A stretch of DNA of 64,000 nucleotides from Phyllobates terribilis. Taxonomy: Eukaryota. Below, piece after piece: positions 48,293-62,089 of this stretch. Both the position numbers and the translations under genes were made by a program. Numbering within the stretch: the stretch's first letter is position 1; each line of letters opens with the position of its first letter. Below the pieces are notes generated by a model. It searched no databases and was not told the DNA's origin. It worked only from the letters and a program-made list of their open reading frames with translations. The DNA lies in the NCBI RefSeq assembly GCF_046119375.1, contig NW_027362764.1:802590001-802654000 (forward strand). Reading direction: 5' to 3'.

Positions 48293-49435
48293 TGTGGCGC
48301 CCCTGAGGGTTCAGTCGCCACAGGGGTACTGCACCTCAGATAGAGGTGTGGTATCTCCTCTTCCAGGTAAGGATGGATCATCACCCTGGACCCCACTTCA
48401 CACTCAACGCTACACCACTCCTGTCCTGCAGGGGGCCTAAATGCACCAGGGTGCTGCCCCGTTCCGGGATAGAGGAGATGGGGGGGAACCAAAGATAGTG
48501 GGAACAAAGTAGTGGGTGAGGGTGGAGGAAACACTTACAGGAAGCACTTATAGAATCATATATAATATATGGCCATCTTAGTTCAAGGTCTTTTGATTGT
48601 GGTCTTCTGTCAGGGTCCAGCAAGGGTTTGTAGCTGGCTGAAGATTCACGGTCCTCGTTCTCAGGCCTTGAGACGAGGAGCGGGTCAGAGTTAACCACTG
48701 TCTCTGCCCGGTCAGGGTCCTGTTCTAAGAAGGCCTGGAGGGGAGCGGAGGAGATAGGCTCCACAGGCAAAAGGATCCCAGGGGGATACGGACGGAGCGG
48801 AGTCGCCACCTGTATTCTTCACTCTGGCCTAGCCAGAGGGATTCCTGCTACAAGAGGGGTGACCGGCCCCCGATATCTGACTGTGTACTTCACGTCACTG
48901 TTGGAAAAGCCCGGCGGCTTAGTGGATCCCAGGGAGGGACACAAGCGGGAGGAGAAGGAGAGGAACACACCAACGGGGTCTTTACACGTGCTCCTGATCT
49001 ACCTGGGAAGTGCTAAACCCCCTTCCTGGTGGCCGCAGCGCGCCACGAGAAGCAGAGAGAAGCTTTGCAGCTGCTACTTCACTAAAGTGAGTAAAACCTG
49101 GATGACTTCATTTACCGTCTCCGCTTGGTTATTCCCGCGCGGCACTGCACCCACCATCCCTCCACACAGTTCATCTAACACTGCCCTGAGGCCTACTCTG
49201 CCTGTGGGGAGTAGTACCAACCGAGCCAGAACATCAGACTCAGAGGACGGTGGCAGCGCTGGTGGCCTTCACCAGAAACCACAGGTGGCGTAGTCGATCA
49301 ACCACTCATCCAAAAAGCCCATTTTTCATGTGGCAGCCCTGGGCACTGACCGGGTCACGGCCACGACGACATCCCACACCGCCACCCTACATTGGCCCGG
49401 CACCGAGTACCCCACCGCTCAGGGAGGGCATCACA
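48293..49435 (+). mobile_element. Solo LTR (1143 bp)
   Basis: TGTGGCGCCC...GGGCATCACA with 4-bp TSD ATTA; shares motifs with the 1145-bp LTRs. Confidence 0.9.
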
Positions 49436-49659
49436 ATTATACTGTGCATGTGTAGGAATTCACCATGGGGGCATCATACAGTGTTTGGTGTATCTTACTT
49501 TATGGAGGCAATAAAAGAGGAATCTAGGACTTCAGCAGGAGGAAAATGTCTATGTAAAGGCTGGAAAGTTGTGAGACTTTCCAGCCTTTATGCAATTATT
49601 GGGGGGACCCAATTAGAACTTCTGCTATGAGGCCCCATGATTACTATGTATGCCCCTGA

Positions 49660-50102
49660 GTGGAGGGTGTATGAACAGATGATATGAGGAGCCTAATTTG
49701 GAAGAAAGTTTTTGTGTGGGCAAAACAGGGATAGTTTGATAAGTGAGGTGAGGCGATAGGTTGGTCTAAAGAAATGCATTTTTAGGCCACGCTTAAAACT
49801 GTGGGTATTGAGGATTAATTGAATTGTCCTAGGTAGTGCATTCCAAAGAAGTGGTGAAGCATGAGAGAAAACTTGTAGACGGGAATGGGAGGTTCGGATT
49901 ATTGAGGATGTTAGTCTTAGGTCATTGGCAGAACGGAGGGCGCGGGTAGGGTGGTAGAATGAGACGAGGGAGGAGATGTAGAGTGGTGCTGAAGCATGGA
50001 CGCTTTGTGGGTGAGAGTGATATGTTTATATTGAACTCTGTATTGGATGGGTAACCAGTGCAATGACTGGCACAGGGAAGATGCATCGGTGTAGCGGTTG
50101 GA
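49660..50102 (-). mobile_element. L2 3' fragment (longer copy at ~52590-53294)
   Basis: LCQSLHWLPIQYRVQYK; copy B adds LKNISRIRPFL. Confidence 0.82.
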
Positions 50103-51218
50103 TGGGGGGGTGAGAGATGCACGGGGGGGTGAGATGCACATGGGGGGTGAGAGATGCACGGGGGTGTGAGATGCACATGGGGGGTGAGAGATGCACGGGG
50201 GGGATGAGATGCACGGGGGATGAGAGCTGCACATGGGGGGGATGAGAGCTGCACATGGGGGGATGAGAGATGCACATGGGCGGATGAGAGATGCACATGG
50301 GGGGGGATGAGAGATGCACATGGGGGGATGAGAGATGCACATGCATTTTTTGCCCTATGAAGTGTGGGGGCAAAAATTTCTTGCACAGGGGCCCACTACA
50401 GTCTGTGTCCGCCCCTGGGTGTGAGCGAGTGTGGTGCGATGTCAATGACTGAGTGGGCCATGTGGTCTCACTCCTGGTGCCTTCCTGTATCCGTGTGGAA
50501 AGGGGGTGTCTGTATAGAATTGTACCAATCTGATCTTACGCATCCTCGAGGGGGTGCGGAACGTCACGTTGGTGCAAACGGCAGATTCATATCACATGTT
50601 CCATCTTACGTAACTGCGACGTCGGGTGGGTGGCGAGGTGTGGATCCTTCACAAGTGGTGGCAGCGGTGGGATTCTGCGGGATTTCTCTGCTGCCATTCT
50701 TCACAGGGTGCATTATATTAAATGGAGGGTTATGGGGGTTGCATTATATTGTATGGAGGGCTATGGGGGGTGCATTATACTCTATGGAGGACTATGGGGA
50801 AGCATTATATTGTACGGAGAACCATGGGGGTGCATTATAGTGTATGGAGGACTATGGGGAAGCATTATACTACATGGAGGACTATGGGGAGCGCATTATA
50901 CTATATGGAGGACTATGGGGAAGCATTATACTACATGGAGGACTATGGGGAGTGCATTGTATTGTACAGAGGACCATGGCAGTACATTATACTGTATGGG
51001 AGACCATGGGGTGTACATTATACTATATGCAAGGCTATATGGGGCCATTATACTGTATGCAAACAATTATACAGTGTGACGATCTGTCTGTGGTCTATTA
51101 TTTTGTGTGGCTAGTGCGGGCCATTATACAGTGTTGGGTCATTATATTGTATGTAGGTCCATTCTACTGCATGGATGGTTGTAAGGGCTGTTGGGGAGGG
51201 GGTACAGTAGGGTCATTA

Positions 51219-52361
51219 TGTGGCGCCCCTGAGGGTTCAGTCGCCACAGGGGTACTGCACCTCAGATAGAGGTGTGGTATCTCCTCTTCCAGGTAAGGAT
51301 GGATCATCACCCTGGACCCCACTTCACACTCAACACTACACCACTCCTGTCCTGCAGGGGGCCTAAATGCACCAGGGTGCTGCCCCGTTCCGGGATAGAG
51401 GAGATGGGGGGGAACCAAAGATAGTGGGAACAAAGTAGTGGGTGAGGGTGGAGGAAACACTTACAGGAAGCACTTATAGAATCATATATAATATATGGCC
51501 ATCTTAGTTCAAGGTCTTTTGATTGTGGTCTTCTGTCAGGGTCCAGCAAGGGTTTGTAGCTGGCTGAAGATTCACGGTCCTCGTTCTCAGGCCTTGAGAC
51601 GAGGAGCGGGTCAGAGTTAACCACTGTCTCTGCCCGGTCAGGGTCCTGTTCTAAGAAGGCCTGGAGGGGAGCGGAGGAGATAGGCTCCACAGGCCAAAGG
51701 ATCCCAGGGGGATACGGACGGAGCGGAGTCGCCACCTGTATTCTTCACTCTGGCCTAGCCAGAGGGATTCCTGCTACAAAATGGGTGACCGGCCCCCGAT
51801 ATCTGACTGTGTACTTCACGTCACTGCTGGAAAAGCCCGGCGGCTTAGTGGATCCCAGGGAGGGACACAAGCGGGAGGAGAAGGAGAGGAACACACCAAC
51901 GGGGTCTTTACACGTGCTCCTGATCTACCTGGGAAGTGCTGAACCCCCTTCCTGGTGGCCGCAGCGCGCCACGAGAAGCAGAGAGAAGCTTTGCAGCTGC
52001 TACTTCACTAAAGTGAGTAAAACCTGGATGACTTCATTTACCGTCTCCGCTTGGTTATTCCCGCGCGGCACTGCACCCACCATCCCTCCACACAGTTCAT
52101 CTAACACTGCCCTGAGGCCTACTCTGCCTGTGGGGAGTAGTACCAACCGAGCCAGAACATCAGACTCAGAGGACGGTGGCAGCGCTGGTGGCCTTCACCA
52201 GAAACCACAGGTGGCGTAGTCGATCAACCACTCATCCAAAAAGCCCATTTTTCATGTGACAGCCCTGGGCACTGACCGGGTCAAGGCCACGACGACATCC
52301 CACACCGCCACCCTACATTGGCCCGGCACCGAGTACCCCACCGCTCAGGGAGGGCATCACA
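51219..52361 (+). mobile_element. Solo LTR, duplicated copy
   Basis: Same termini, TSD and flanks as 48293-49435. Confidence 0.9.
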
Positions 52362-53929
52362 ATTATACTGTGCATGTGTAGGAATTCACCATGGGGGCAT
52401 CATACAGTGTTTGGTGTATCTTACTTTATGGAGGCAATAAAAGAGGAATCTAGGACTTCAGCAGGAGGAAAATGTCTATGTAAAGGCTGGAAAGTTGTGA
52501 GACTTTCCAGCCTTTATGCAATTATTGGGGGGACCCAATTAGAACTTCTGCTATGAGGCCCCATGATTACTATGTATGCCCCTGAGTGGAGGGTGTATGA
52601 ACAGATGATATGAGGAGCCTAATTTGGAAGAAAGTTTTTGTGTGGGCAAAACAGGGATAGTTTGATAAGTGAGGTGAGGCGATAGGTTGGTCTAAAGAAA
52701 TGCATTTTTAGGCCAGGCTTAAAACTGTGGGTATTGAGGATTAATTGAATTGTCCTAGGTAGTGCATTCCAAAGAAGTGGTGAAGCATGAGAGAAAACTT
52801 GGAGATGGGAATGGGAGGTTCGGATTATTGAGGATGTTAGTCTTAGGTCATTGGCAGAACGGAGGGCGCGGGTAGGGTGGTAGAATGAGACGAGGGAGGA
52901 GATGTAGAGTGGTGCTGAAGCATGGACTCTTTGTGGGTGAGAGTGATATGTTTATATTGAACTCTGTATTGGATGGGTAACCAGTGCAATGACTGGCACA
53001 GGGAAGAGGCATCGGTGTAGCGGTTGGAAAAGAATATGATCCTGGCTGCTGCATTCAGGACGGATTGTAGAGGGGAGAGTTTAGTAAGAGGGAGACCGAT
53101 TAGTAGAGAGTTGCGACTGTCCAGACGAGAATGAATAAGAGCGTCAGTAAGAGTTTTGCTGAGTCAAAAGTAAGAAAAGGTCGGATTCTGGAGATATTTT
53201 TGAGGTATAAGTGACATGAGCGATCGGATGTGAGGAGTGAAGGAAAGATCTGAATCAAAGTTGACCCCAAGGCAGCGGGCATGCTACTGGGGAGTAGTGA
53301 TGGGCGAGCACTAAAATGTTCGGGTACTCGTTGCTTGGGTCGAGCACATTGGAATACTCGGGTGCTCGACCCGAGTAACAAGCCCAATGTTAGTCTAAAC
53401 TCGAGCATTTTTCCGGCGGCTCCTCCCGGCGGTCTGCAGGGGGCCTAAAAATTGCCCAAATCGATGGGAACAGTGCTCAAATGACATGGGAACAGCATGG
53501 GGAAGACCCCTGGAAGCATCTCTGACTCCCAGATCACTGCTGTTAACAACGTGGTCAGAGGTATTACGCCACTTTTACGGACTCACAATAAAACATACAA
53601 AAGCGAAACCAAAATGGATTTTCGTGGGAAATATGTTAAGGAACATCCTTTCCAGGGTAATGACTTGTATATAAGGCAAAATAAATAACCAAAAATACTC
53701 CTCCACAACTTGGGCTATGTTCACACGTAGCATTTTTGATGCGTTTTTGCACTTTTGCATTGCCTTCAACCAAGACAAATGCATTCAACAGGAAATGTCA
53801 TTTTAAGATTTTACAACCTTATCTGGCCATGTGGTGTGTGACACATGCATACAGTGCTGAAAAGACATGGGAACAGCATGGGGAAGACCTCTGGAAGCAT
53901 TTCTGACTCCCAGGTCACTGCCTAAAAGT

Positions 53930-55130
53930 GTGCCCATCATACGTGATCCTTGGCGCATGCGAAGATGCCTCCCGCCATGCACCTGTCATTGCAGACTTGC
54001 AACAATCACCGTCCACGTCCTTGTCCCAGTGGAGCGTTCAGTTGTCCCTACCCCATTCCTTGGAATGCAAGCGCAAGTATGCCGCCAGCCACCTACCCAC
54101 AGGCTGCAATACTATACTGCCAAATTTTTGACAGCTGTTTGCACTTGAAATGTGGCCTTTTAGGCTCGTGGAGGTGGAAGCTTTTCACAACCTCATGCCG
54201 ACGGCGTTCCAGGTATCCATACTCGGTCACCAGCCGCCACTATTTATCCTGGTATCGTCTCCGTGTTCCACAAGCACGGGTCCCACAACATTACCCGTGC
54301 CCTCCCCAGTGCTCTTACTGGGAAGGACCGCCTAACCACAAACACGTGGACAGGTGTATGTGGCCCAGGACGGTACAGAGCCAGTCCACAGCTTTTTTTG
54401 CTGAGACTTGTATTTCACTTCAGCCATATTCTTTAGCTCGGTGAAAGGACTGGCATAGAGGGAAACCGTATCTACTCTGGGTGTCATTTCTCCCAGGAAG
54501 TCCTCTAATGCAGCTTGTTGCAGAAGCAATGGCAGCCCGTCCAACATCAGCTTGCACTTGTCGGTGGTGCTTCGACACACAAACATCTTTCTTTGCGCCT
54601 TTAATTTCATGACTACAGTGTTGGGCAATGGACTGATCTGTAATGCAGTTTGAGAAATAACATGCATAAGCATGTCCAATCCAAATTAAAAAAGCAGCCA
54701 TAAAGTGTCCGGAAACCTTCCCACATACTTTTCTTAGCCAGGGCTGCTTCTCGGTAGGGTTGGACGGACCCACTATAGAACCGGAGACTCCTCCGGTGGG
54801 CCCTGGCTTCTCCTTCAGGAGAGTTCATAGTGCCGAGGTGAGGCCATGATGATGATAGAGGCCACCATCTGCTTAGTTTTCTGTTACTTGGAATGCAAGC
54901 GCAAGTATGCAGCCAGCCACCCACCCACCCACCCACAGGCTGCAACACTAAACTGCCAGATTTCTGGGCAGCTGCTTGCACTTGAAATGTGGCCTTTAAG
55001 GCTTGTAGAGGCGGAAGCTGTCCACAACCTCATGGCGGCGGCCGGGGGTCCATACTCGGTCCCCAGCCGTCAATATTTCTCTCGATGTTGTCTCCGCCTT
55101 CTACAAGCACGGGTCCCTGAACATTACCGC
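53930..55130 (+). pseudogene. Two inverted hAT transposase fragments
   Basis: QLSLPHSLECKRKYAASH..ALEMWPFRLVE at ~54030 and again at ~54890, opposite to the main copy. Confidence 0.7.
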
Positions 55131-55377
55131 TGGTACTTTTCTGTGGGAATCTGCTTGCCTTCTGCCAGCCTGGAATATTTCCAGTAAACTATGGTTCAAC
55201 GCCATGGTGTTAGCACTGCCCCCAGTACCAGTAGCGAAGCCATCCCCAATTTCCGTCTCAGGAATTTCATTTGGTAGACTCATTGGCTGCCCTAATACAT
55301 TAGTTTCTCACAAAGGAGCTGAAGATAGAGTGGCAGTAGGTGCAAGTTTCTCCAGCCTGTTAGATATCAGAGGGTGA

Positions 55378-55510
55378 ACGGCAGCACATTGGATCAGTGG
55401 TTAGCACTGAAGCCTTGCCGCGCTGGGATCCTGGGTTCAAATCCCAGGAAGGACAACACCTGCAAGGATTTTGTATGTTCTCCCCGTTTTTGCTTGGGTT
55501 TCCACCTCAG
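55378..55510 (+). mobile_element. tRNA-derived SINE 5' fragment (V-SINE-like)
   Basis: A box TGGATCAGTGG, B box GGTTCAAATCC, then TTTGTATGTTCTCCCCGT body. Confidence 0.75.
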
Positions 55511-57198
55511 TAAAAAAGCAGCCATAGAGTGTCCGGGAACCTTTTCACACACTTTTCTTAGCCAGGACTGCTTCTCGGCGGGGTTGAACGGTCCCACCAG
55601 AGAATCCTCTGGTGTGCCTTGGCTTCTACCTCAGGAGAGTTCATGATAGTGCTAACTTTGCAGCTGCTATGGGGCTCTTGAGCAGGAGAGAAAGGTTAGC
55701 CCTCAGAATCAAATCCTCTGGTGGGCACAATGTTTTTCAATCTGAAACAGCTTCTCAGTGGGAGTTGTATTTCACCACAGCCATATTCTTTAGCTCGGTG
55801 AAAGGACTGGCATAGAGGGAAACTGTATCTACCCCGGCTGTCATTTCTCCGTCACCAAGTTAAGCCCATTGTCAGAAATGACCATGCCTGGCTGTATGTT
55901 CAGCGGTGAGAGCCACAGATCAGGCTGCTGTGTTACAGCTTTCAACAACTCTGCAGCGCTGGGCGGTTTGTCACCTAAGCATTAAGCATGTTATCTTCAG
56001 CACAGCCTGTTGCTGCTTGGCCAAGGCAGTGCTGCAGTGCTGTCAGCTTGTGACTGATGTGGTCATTTCGGAAATGGAGGAGGAGGTGCATGAGCTGAAC
56101 AATGTGATTACATTGAGGTTACATTGGTGACTCTGTTTTTTATACTAAAGAAAGATACTACTTTTTTTTACGTTATTTTTTAAGACAAATGCATTCACCG
56201 GGAAATGTCATTTTAACATTTTACAACCTTATCTGGCAATGTGGTGTGTGACACATCATCAGACACTTCCTGTTTCATTTAAGATGGAGGGACTCTGAAA
56301 GTCATAAAGCCTATTTTTATAGGGCCATCAGGCGGCCCTTACTATTCTTAAAAGGCCAGCAGTCGGCCCTCGCTATTGTTAGAGAGCCATCAGCCGGCTA
56401 TGCTTTGTTGTTCCCATTATTAATGAGTTGGTCTTCTATACTGTTATTGCATATGCAGTGACTGCAAGGGCTGCCAAAAATTCGGACGCAACCCAATACT
56501 CCTTTGAAGAGACATAGAGGAGGGTTTCAGTAAAAAAAATGTTCTCATTATAAAGCAACGGGTCTCCAATAGTGGTAATGCCCATGCTGTGACTGCAAGG
56601 GCTGCCAAAATTTGGGAAAAACTCCACTAAGAATTTAAAGACACAGAGCAGGGCCATAGTAACGACAAATTCCCATTAGAAAGGAGAGAGTCTGCTATAC
56701 AGTTATAGGGTATGCAGTGAGTGCAACGGCTGACCAAATTTAGGAAAAACCCCACTAACAATTTAAAGGGTCTCCCATACTGTTGGCCTATGCAGTGAAT
56801 GCAATGGCTGCCAAAAATTGGGAGGCACTCTAATGCCCCTTGGAAGAGAAGTAGAGGGCCTCATATAAAAATGTTCCCATTAGAAAGGAGCGGGCCTCCT
56901 ATACTTGTAATACCCATGCACTAAGTGTATGGGCTGACAAACATTTACCCCTGGGGGGTATACATGAACATACTGTATAAATTTTTTTTTTATGGGCATC
57001 ATAAACACCCTTTAAAAAAATTATTTGGGTGTTGCATCACGGACCACGGTCACCCTGGTGATATGGTGGTGGAGTATGAGGAGAAGGAGGAGGACAAGAG
57101 AAAATAGCCAAAATCAGGAAGTGTATGTATACCCATGAGTGGGTGTAAAAAGGTGCATGGGAGAATACACCTCTAAAGAAAAGAAACTGGATTTGAGT

Positions 57199-59145
57199 TT
57201 ATGTTACGCTGCTATCATTCGGTGGTGTTGAGAAGTCTGGCCCAATCCAGCCCTTGTTCATTTTTATAGGAGTCAGCCTGTCAGCATTTTCAGTTGACAG
57301 GCGGATGCGCTTATCAGTTATAATTCCACCAGCGGCACTAAAAACCCGCTCTGATAAAGCGCTGGCGGCAGGGCAGGCCAGGACCTCCAAGGCGTAGAGA
57401 GTCAGTTCATTCCACGTATCCAGCTTGGATACCCAATAATTATAAGGCACAGAGGAGTCACGGAGGACGTTGGTACGGTCGGCAAGGTACTCCCTCAGCA
57501 TCTTCCCAAACTTTCCACTCCTTGTGAGAGTACCCCGCGCCTCAGGGTCTCTGCAATGGGAGGGTCTGAGAAAACTCTCCCAGAACTTTCACAGTGTTCC
57601 CCTGCCTCTGCTGGATTGAAGTTGTGTCTCTCTCGCCTGTACTCCTTGGTTGTCCAACGAAGTGTGACCTCTGCCACCAGCGTTTTCAGATGGAAATTTG
57701 TTTAATCGTTCCGCAACAAGGGCCTTCTGGTACAGCCACAGTTTTGTAGACCTGTCCGCCTCAGGAATAACAGATATAAAGTTCTCCTTGGGTCTAGAAG
57801 TGTCACCAACCAGTAATCACTGTCACCCAAAATTTTGAAAATGCGAGGGTCATGGGAAAGGCAGCGTAACATAAACTCAGCCATGCGTGCCAGAATGCTA
57901 ACAGGCAAGACTTCCATGTCTTCACCAAGAGGACGAGTGACCATGCTCTCCTCCTCTTCCTCCTCTCTGTCCTCAGGCCATCCACGGTGAACAGACGGTA
58001 TGACAGTTGTGCAGGTAGTAACGTCTATAGTGCATGAAACTAGCTCCTGTTCTTCCTCCTCCTCCTGCTCTTCCTCATTGTCACCCAATCCAGGTTGGGA
58101 TGGGATGAGGCTGGGCTGTATGTGATCACTCTGTATGGTTCCTTGCTCCATCTCATTGTGCTCCGCCTGCAATGCATCCTCTTTGATTGTGATCAGAGAG
58201 CTTTTCAGAAGACAGAGAAGCAGGATGGTGACGCTAATTATGGCGTCATCACCGCTCACCATCTTGGTGGAGTTCTCAAAGTTTTGGAGGATGGTACATA
58301 TGTCTGACATCCATGTCCACTCCTGAGGTCTTATGTGTGGAGTCTGAACTGAATACAAACGGCCTTGCTGATGCTGGTACTCAACAACTGCCCTCTTCTG
58401 CTCACAAATCCTTCCCAACATCTGCAGTGTAGAGTTCCAACGCGTTGGGACATCACACACCAGTCTGTTAGCCGGAAGCTGCAAACGCTGGTGAAACACG
58501 ACAAGGGCGGCGGAAGCTGTAGGTGACTTTCTAAAATGGGCACACAGGCGGCGTACTTTAACAAGCAGATCCGGCAGCTCAGGGAAGGATTTGAGAAACC
58601 GCTGAACCACGAGGTTAAGCACATGGGCCAGGCATAGTACGTGTGTGAGCTCGCCTCGCCTCAGAGCCGCCACCAGGTTCCGGCCATTGTCACACACGAC
58701 CATGCCTGGCTGTAGGTTCAGCAGTGTGAGGCACAGATCTGCCTGCTCTTTCACAGCTGTCCACAACTCTTCAGCATTGTGCGGTTTGTCACCTAAGCAT
58801 ATTAGCTTCAGCACAGCCTGCTGCCGCTTGGCCGAGGCAGTGCTGCAGTGCTTCCAGCTTGTGATTGATGTGGTCATTTCAGAGATGGAGGCTGAAGAGG
58901 AGTAGGAGGCTAAGGAGGATGAGATGCAAGAGCTGTAGACTGTGGGGGAAACCCTGATTGACCTAGGGCCCGCAATCCTTGGTGTCGGGAGGACGTGTTC
59001 CGTTCCAAGGTTCCACTGGGACCCGGCTTCCAGTATGTTAACCCAGTGTGCCATCAGCGAGATGTACCGTCCCTGCCCACAAGCACTTGTCCACGTGTCC
59101 GTGGTTAGGTGGACTTTCCCGGTAACTGCTTTGGTGAGGGCACTG
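57199..59145 (-). pseudogene. hAT transposase core and C-terminus (frameshifted)
   Basis: VHLTTDTW, VCDNG, CLAH, TRWNS, CPAASALSERVFS. Confidence 0.9.
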
Positions 59146-59985
59146 CAGGGACGGACTGGGACTGAAATTCAGCTCTGGCATTTGAACTCACACAGGCCCA
59201 TGCTGTCCCCATCCCCAAGCACCAGATGGGGATAAATATCTAATATTACCCTGCCTGGAGGAAATCAAAATTTACTACAAGACCAATATTTCTAATAATG
59301 CCAGTTTTACCGCTATATAAGATTAAACAATTATAATATCAAAATAATAACATTGCAATATTACAGGTAAATAACAACAAACCAGAACCAGATATTGTCA
59401 GCATATACAGTATTGATAATACCACTATACTGATTGCTAAAGGGGTTGAGGTTAAAGTTGGGCATTGGGAGCGGCATGTGACCACAAGTATGCGATTTTC
59501 ACACCTCCAGCCACATTCCGTCTAATTGTACTCGGCTTTGCTAATTTCACTTATATTAAGTGATGCGTGCACGTCTGACAGTCATATCGCATACTTGCAG
59601 TGACATGATTAGGAGCGTCACTACAGCAGGTGCGAGGGTTGCATTCGCTCAAGGAGCCTAGGGGGCCCCAAAAGTCCCTTTGGCTTATATGAAAACACCA
59701 ATGCTATTAATACTTGCAGTAATTGGTGGCCCCATTAGAGCTTTTGCTTTGGGGCCCATTGCTGTTCAAATTACGCCACTGCACATGATCACCAACTCCC
59801 AGCGCCTGCACCAGAGAATCCCCTCAGCAAGCAAGCTCTGTGAAGATTCAGAGGTCTGCAATCACATAGATTCACTTATCTTCAAACTTAGACAACTACT
59901 TTTACCAAAAACACAGTACTAAGACTAATATTACTACCATATAATGTTAATATCAGTTTTACACCAGTGCTCTGCAGACCATATA

Positions 59986-61037
59986 CAGTTGAAACCAGAA
60001 GTTTCCATACACTATATAAAAGTACACATCTGCATGTTTTTCTCAATATCTGACATGAAATCAGAATAAACCTTTCCCGTTTTAGGTCAATTAGGATTTA
60101 CCATCATTTTTAATATTTGCCAATTGCCAGTATAATGAGAGAGAATGTTTTAAGGCATTTTTATTAGTTACTGCAAAGTCAACAGCTTACATACACTAAG
60201 ATTACTATGGACGGCCCATATGATGATGTTATGTGTTTGGAAGCTTCTGACAGTTTTTTGGCAACATCTGAGTTAATTAGAGACACACCTGTGGATGTAT
60301 TTTAATGCACACCTGAAACACACTGCTTCTTTGTGTAGCATCATGGGAAAGTCTAAAGAAATCAGTCAAGATATCAGGAAGAGAATTGTGGACTGCACAA
60401 GTCTGGCTCATCCTTGGGTATAATTTCAAGAAACCTGAAGGTGCCTCGTTCATCTGTACAAATAATTAAACGCAAGTATAAACAAGATGGGAATGTCCAG
60501 CCATCCTACCGCTCAGGAAGGGGACGGGTTCTCTGTCCCAGAGATGAACGTGCTTTGGTCCAACATGTGCATATCAAAGGACAAAAGCAAAAGACCTTGT
60601 GAAGATTATGGTGGAAGCTGGTAAGATTTTGTCAATATCCACAGTGAAACGAGTACTGTATCAACATGGGCTGAAAGGCCACTCTGCCAGGAAGAAGCCA
60701 TTACTCCAAAAGAAACATAAAAAAGCCAGATTATTGTTTGAAAATGCACACAGGAACAAAGACCTTCATTTTTGGAGACATGTCCTGTGGTCTGATGAAA
60801 GTAAAATTAAACTTTTTGGGCATAATGACCATCGTTACGTTTGGTGGAAAAAGGGAGAAGCTTGGAAGCCTAAGAACACCATCCCAACTGTGAAACACAG
60901 GGGTGGCAGCATCATGTTGTAGGGTTGTTTTGCTGCAGGAGGGACTGGTGTACTTCACAAAATAGATGGCATCATGAGGAAAGAAGATTATGTGGCAATA
61001 CTGAAGCAACATCTCAAGACATCAGCCAGGAAATTAA
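59986..61037 (+). mobile_element. Sleeping Beauty-like Tc1, left IR/DR plus truncated transposase (ATG 60343)
   Basis: TA|CAGTTGAAACCAGAAGTTT; inner DR ~60180; MGKSKEISQDIRK..WSDESKIKLFGHNDH. Has frameshifts and a stop; cut at TTAA|AGGGGTTGT. Confidence 0.9.
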
Positions 61038-62089
61038 AGGGGTTGTACACTACTATTTAAAATACGCCAAAGCGTTTTTATGATGAAAAGCAGCTTCTTT
61101 ATAATTAGCTCTCTCTGGTTTTTCTGCCTGTGAGCGGCGCTATTACTGGCTGCTCACAGGCAGCACGTGAACCTCCGCTGATGTTCTGTCTATTGAGGCG
61201 TCACTCAGCACGGGGGTCCCCGGTGGCTGCTGGGTTGTGGGCGGGGTTACCCCACCGCGTCACACCCAGCATCCACCGTGTGCTTTCCTAATGAATGGGG
61301 ATTTGGCAAATATTAAAAATGATGGTAATCCTAATTATCCTAAAACGGGAAAGGTTTATTCTGATTTCATGTCAGATATTGAGAAAAACATTATATGTGG
61401 CTTTTTATATAGTGGATGGAAACTTCTGGTTTCAACTGTATGTGTATATTGTGCAGGTTCTCAGCACTGACGTTCTCGCTGATTGTTGTCATTCATGTTC
61501 CCCTTTCCTTTGCATTCGGTCCAGAGCACCATGACCTCTTCTTCCATCCATAACTCGTCCCTGTAAAATGTAACATACAGACATGTTCACTTTACTGATC
61601 TTCCAGGACCCTCCTCACATCCCCCCCCGATACACAAGCAACAACTTGTGCTGACTTACAATAATTCCCCTGTGCCTCTTTTAATAATGCTCCCCCTTGA
61701 CCTCTTATAATAATGACCCTATACCTCCTTATAATAATAAAAATATCCTCTGTACTTTCTGATATTAATAATAATGACTCCTTGAATCCCCTAAAAATGC
61801 TAATGATCCCCCTATTGTGCCTCCTTATAATAATCGCCCTCAGTGCCTATTTATTGTAATAAGGCTCATGAGCAGGGGAGTACATCGAAATAGCAGGCGC
61901 CCCGTAAAAAAAGTCATATCACGTCACAAACTTATAGTCAAAGAAGAGCATATCTCCCAACTTTTTAAGAAACGGAGAAGGAAATGTATTGCAGCACTTG
62001 GACAGTTATTTTGCCCTTACTGAAGCCCCCAAGTGGTCTCACTTTATCTCACTCACTTTGATACTACTTTCATGACCCCCGTAGAGTAG

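Larger units (their letters stand above)
46270..53028. repeat. Tandem segmental duplication (copy A to 50102; copy B 50103-53028)
   Basis: Offset is 3486 before and 2926 after the 31-bp array; same content and order in both copies. Confidence 0.92.

Noticed and set aside
46167-48306. His/Pro-rich and Tyr/Gly-rich ORFs (keratin-associated-like)
   Set aside because: They come from ~20-bp and 31-bp minisatellites, are open in all frames, and differ in length between duplicate copies.
55378-55450. tRNA gene
   Set aside because: A and B boxes are present, but there is no clean cloverleaf and the sequence continues into a SINE body.
59475-59607. Imperfect ~22-bp inverted repeat (possible MITE)
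   Set aside because: Too degenerate and no convincing TSD, so it was not classified.
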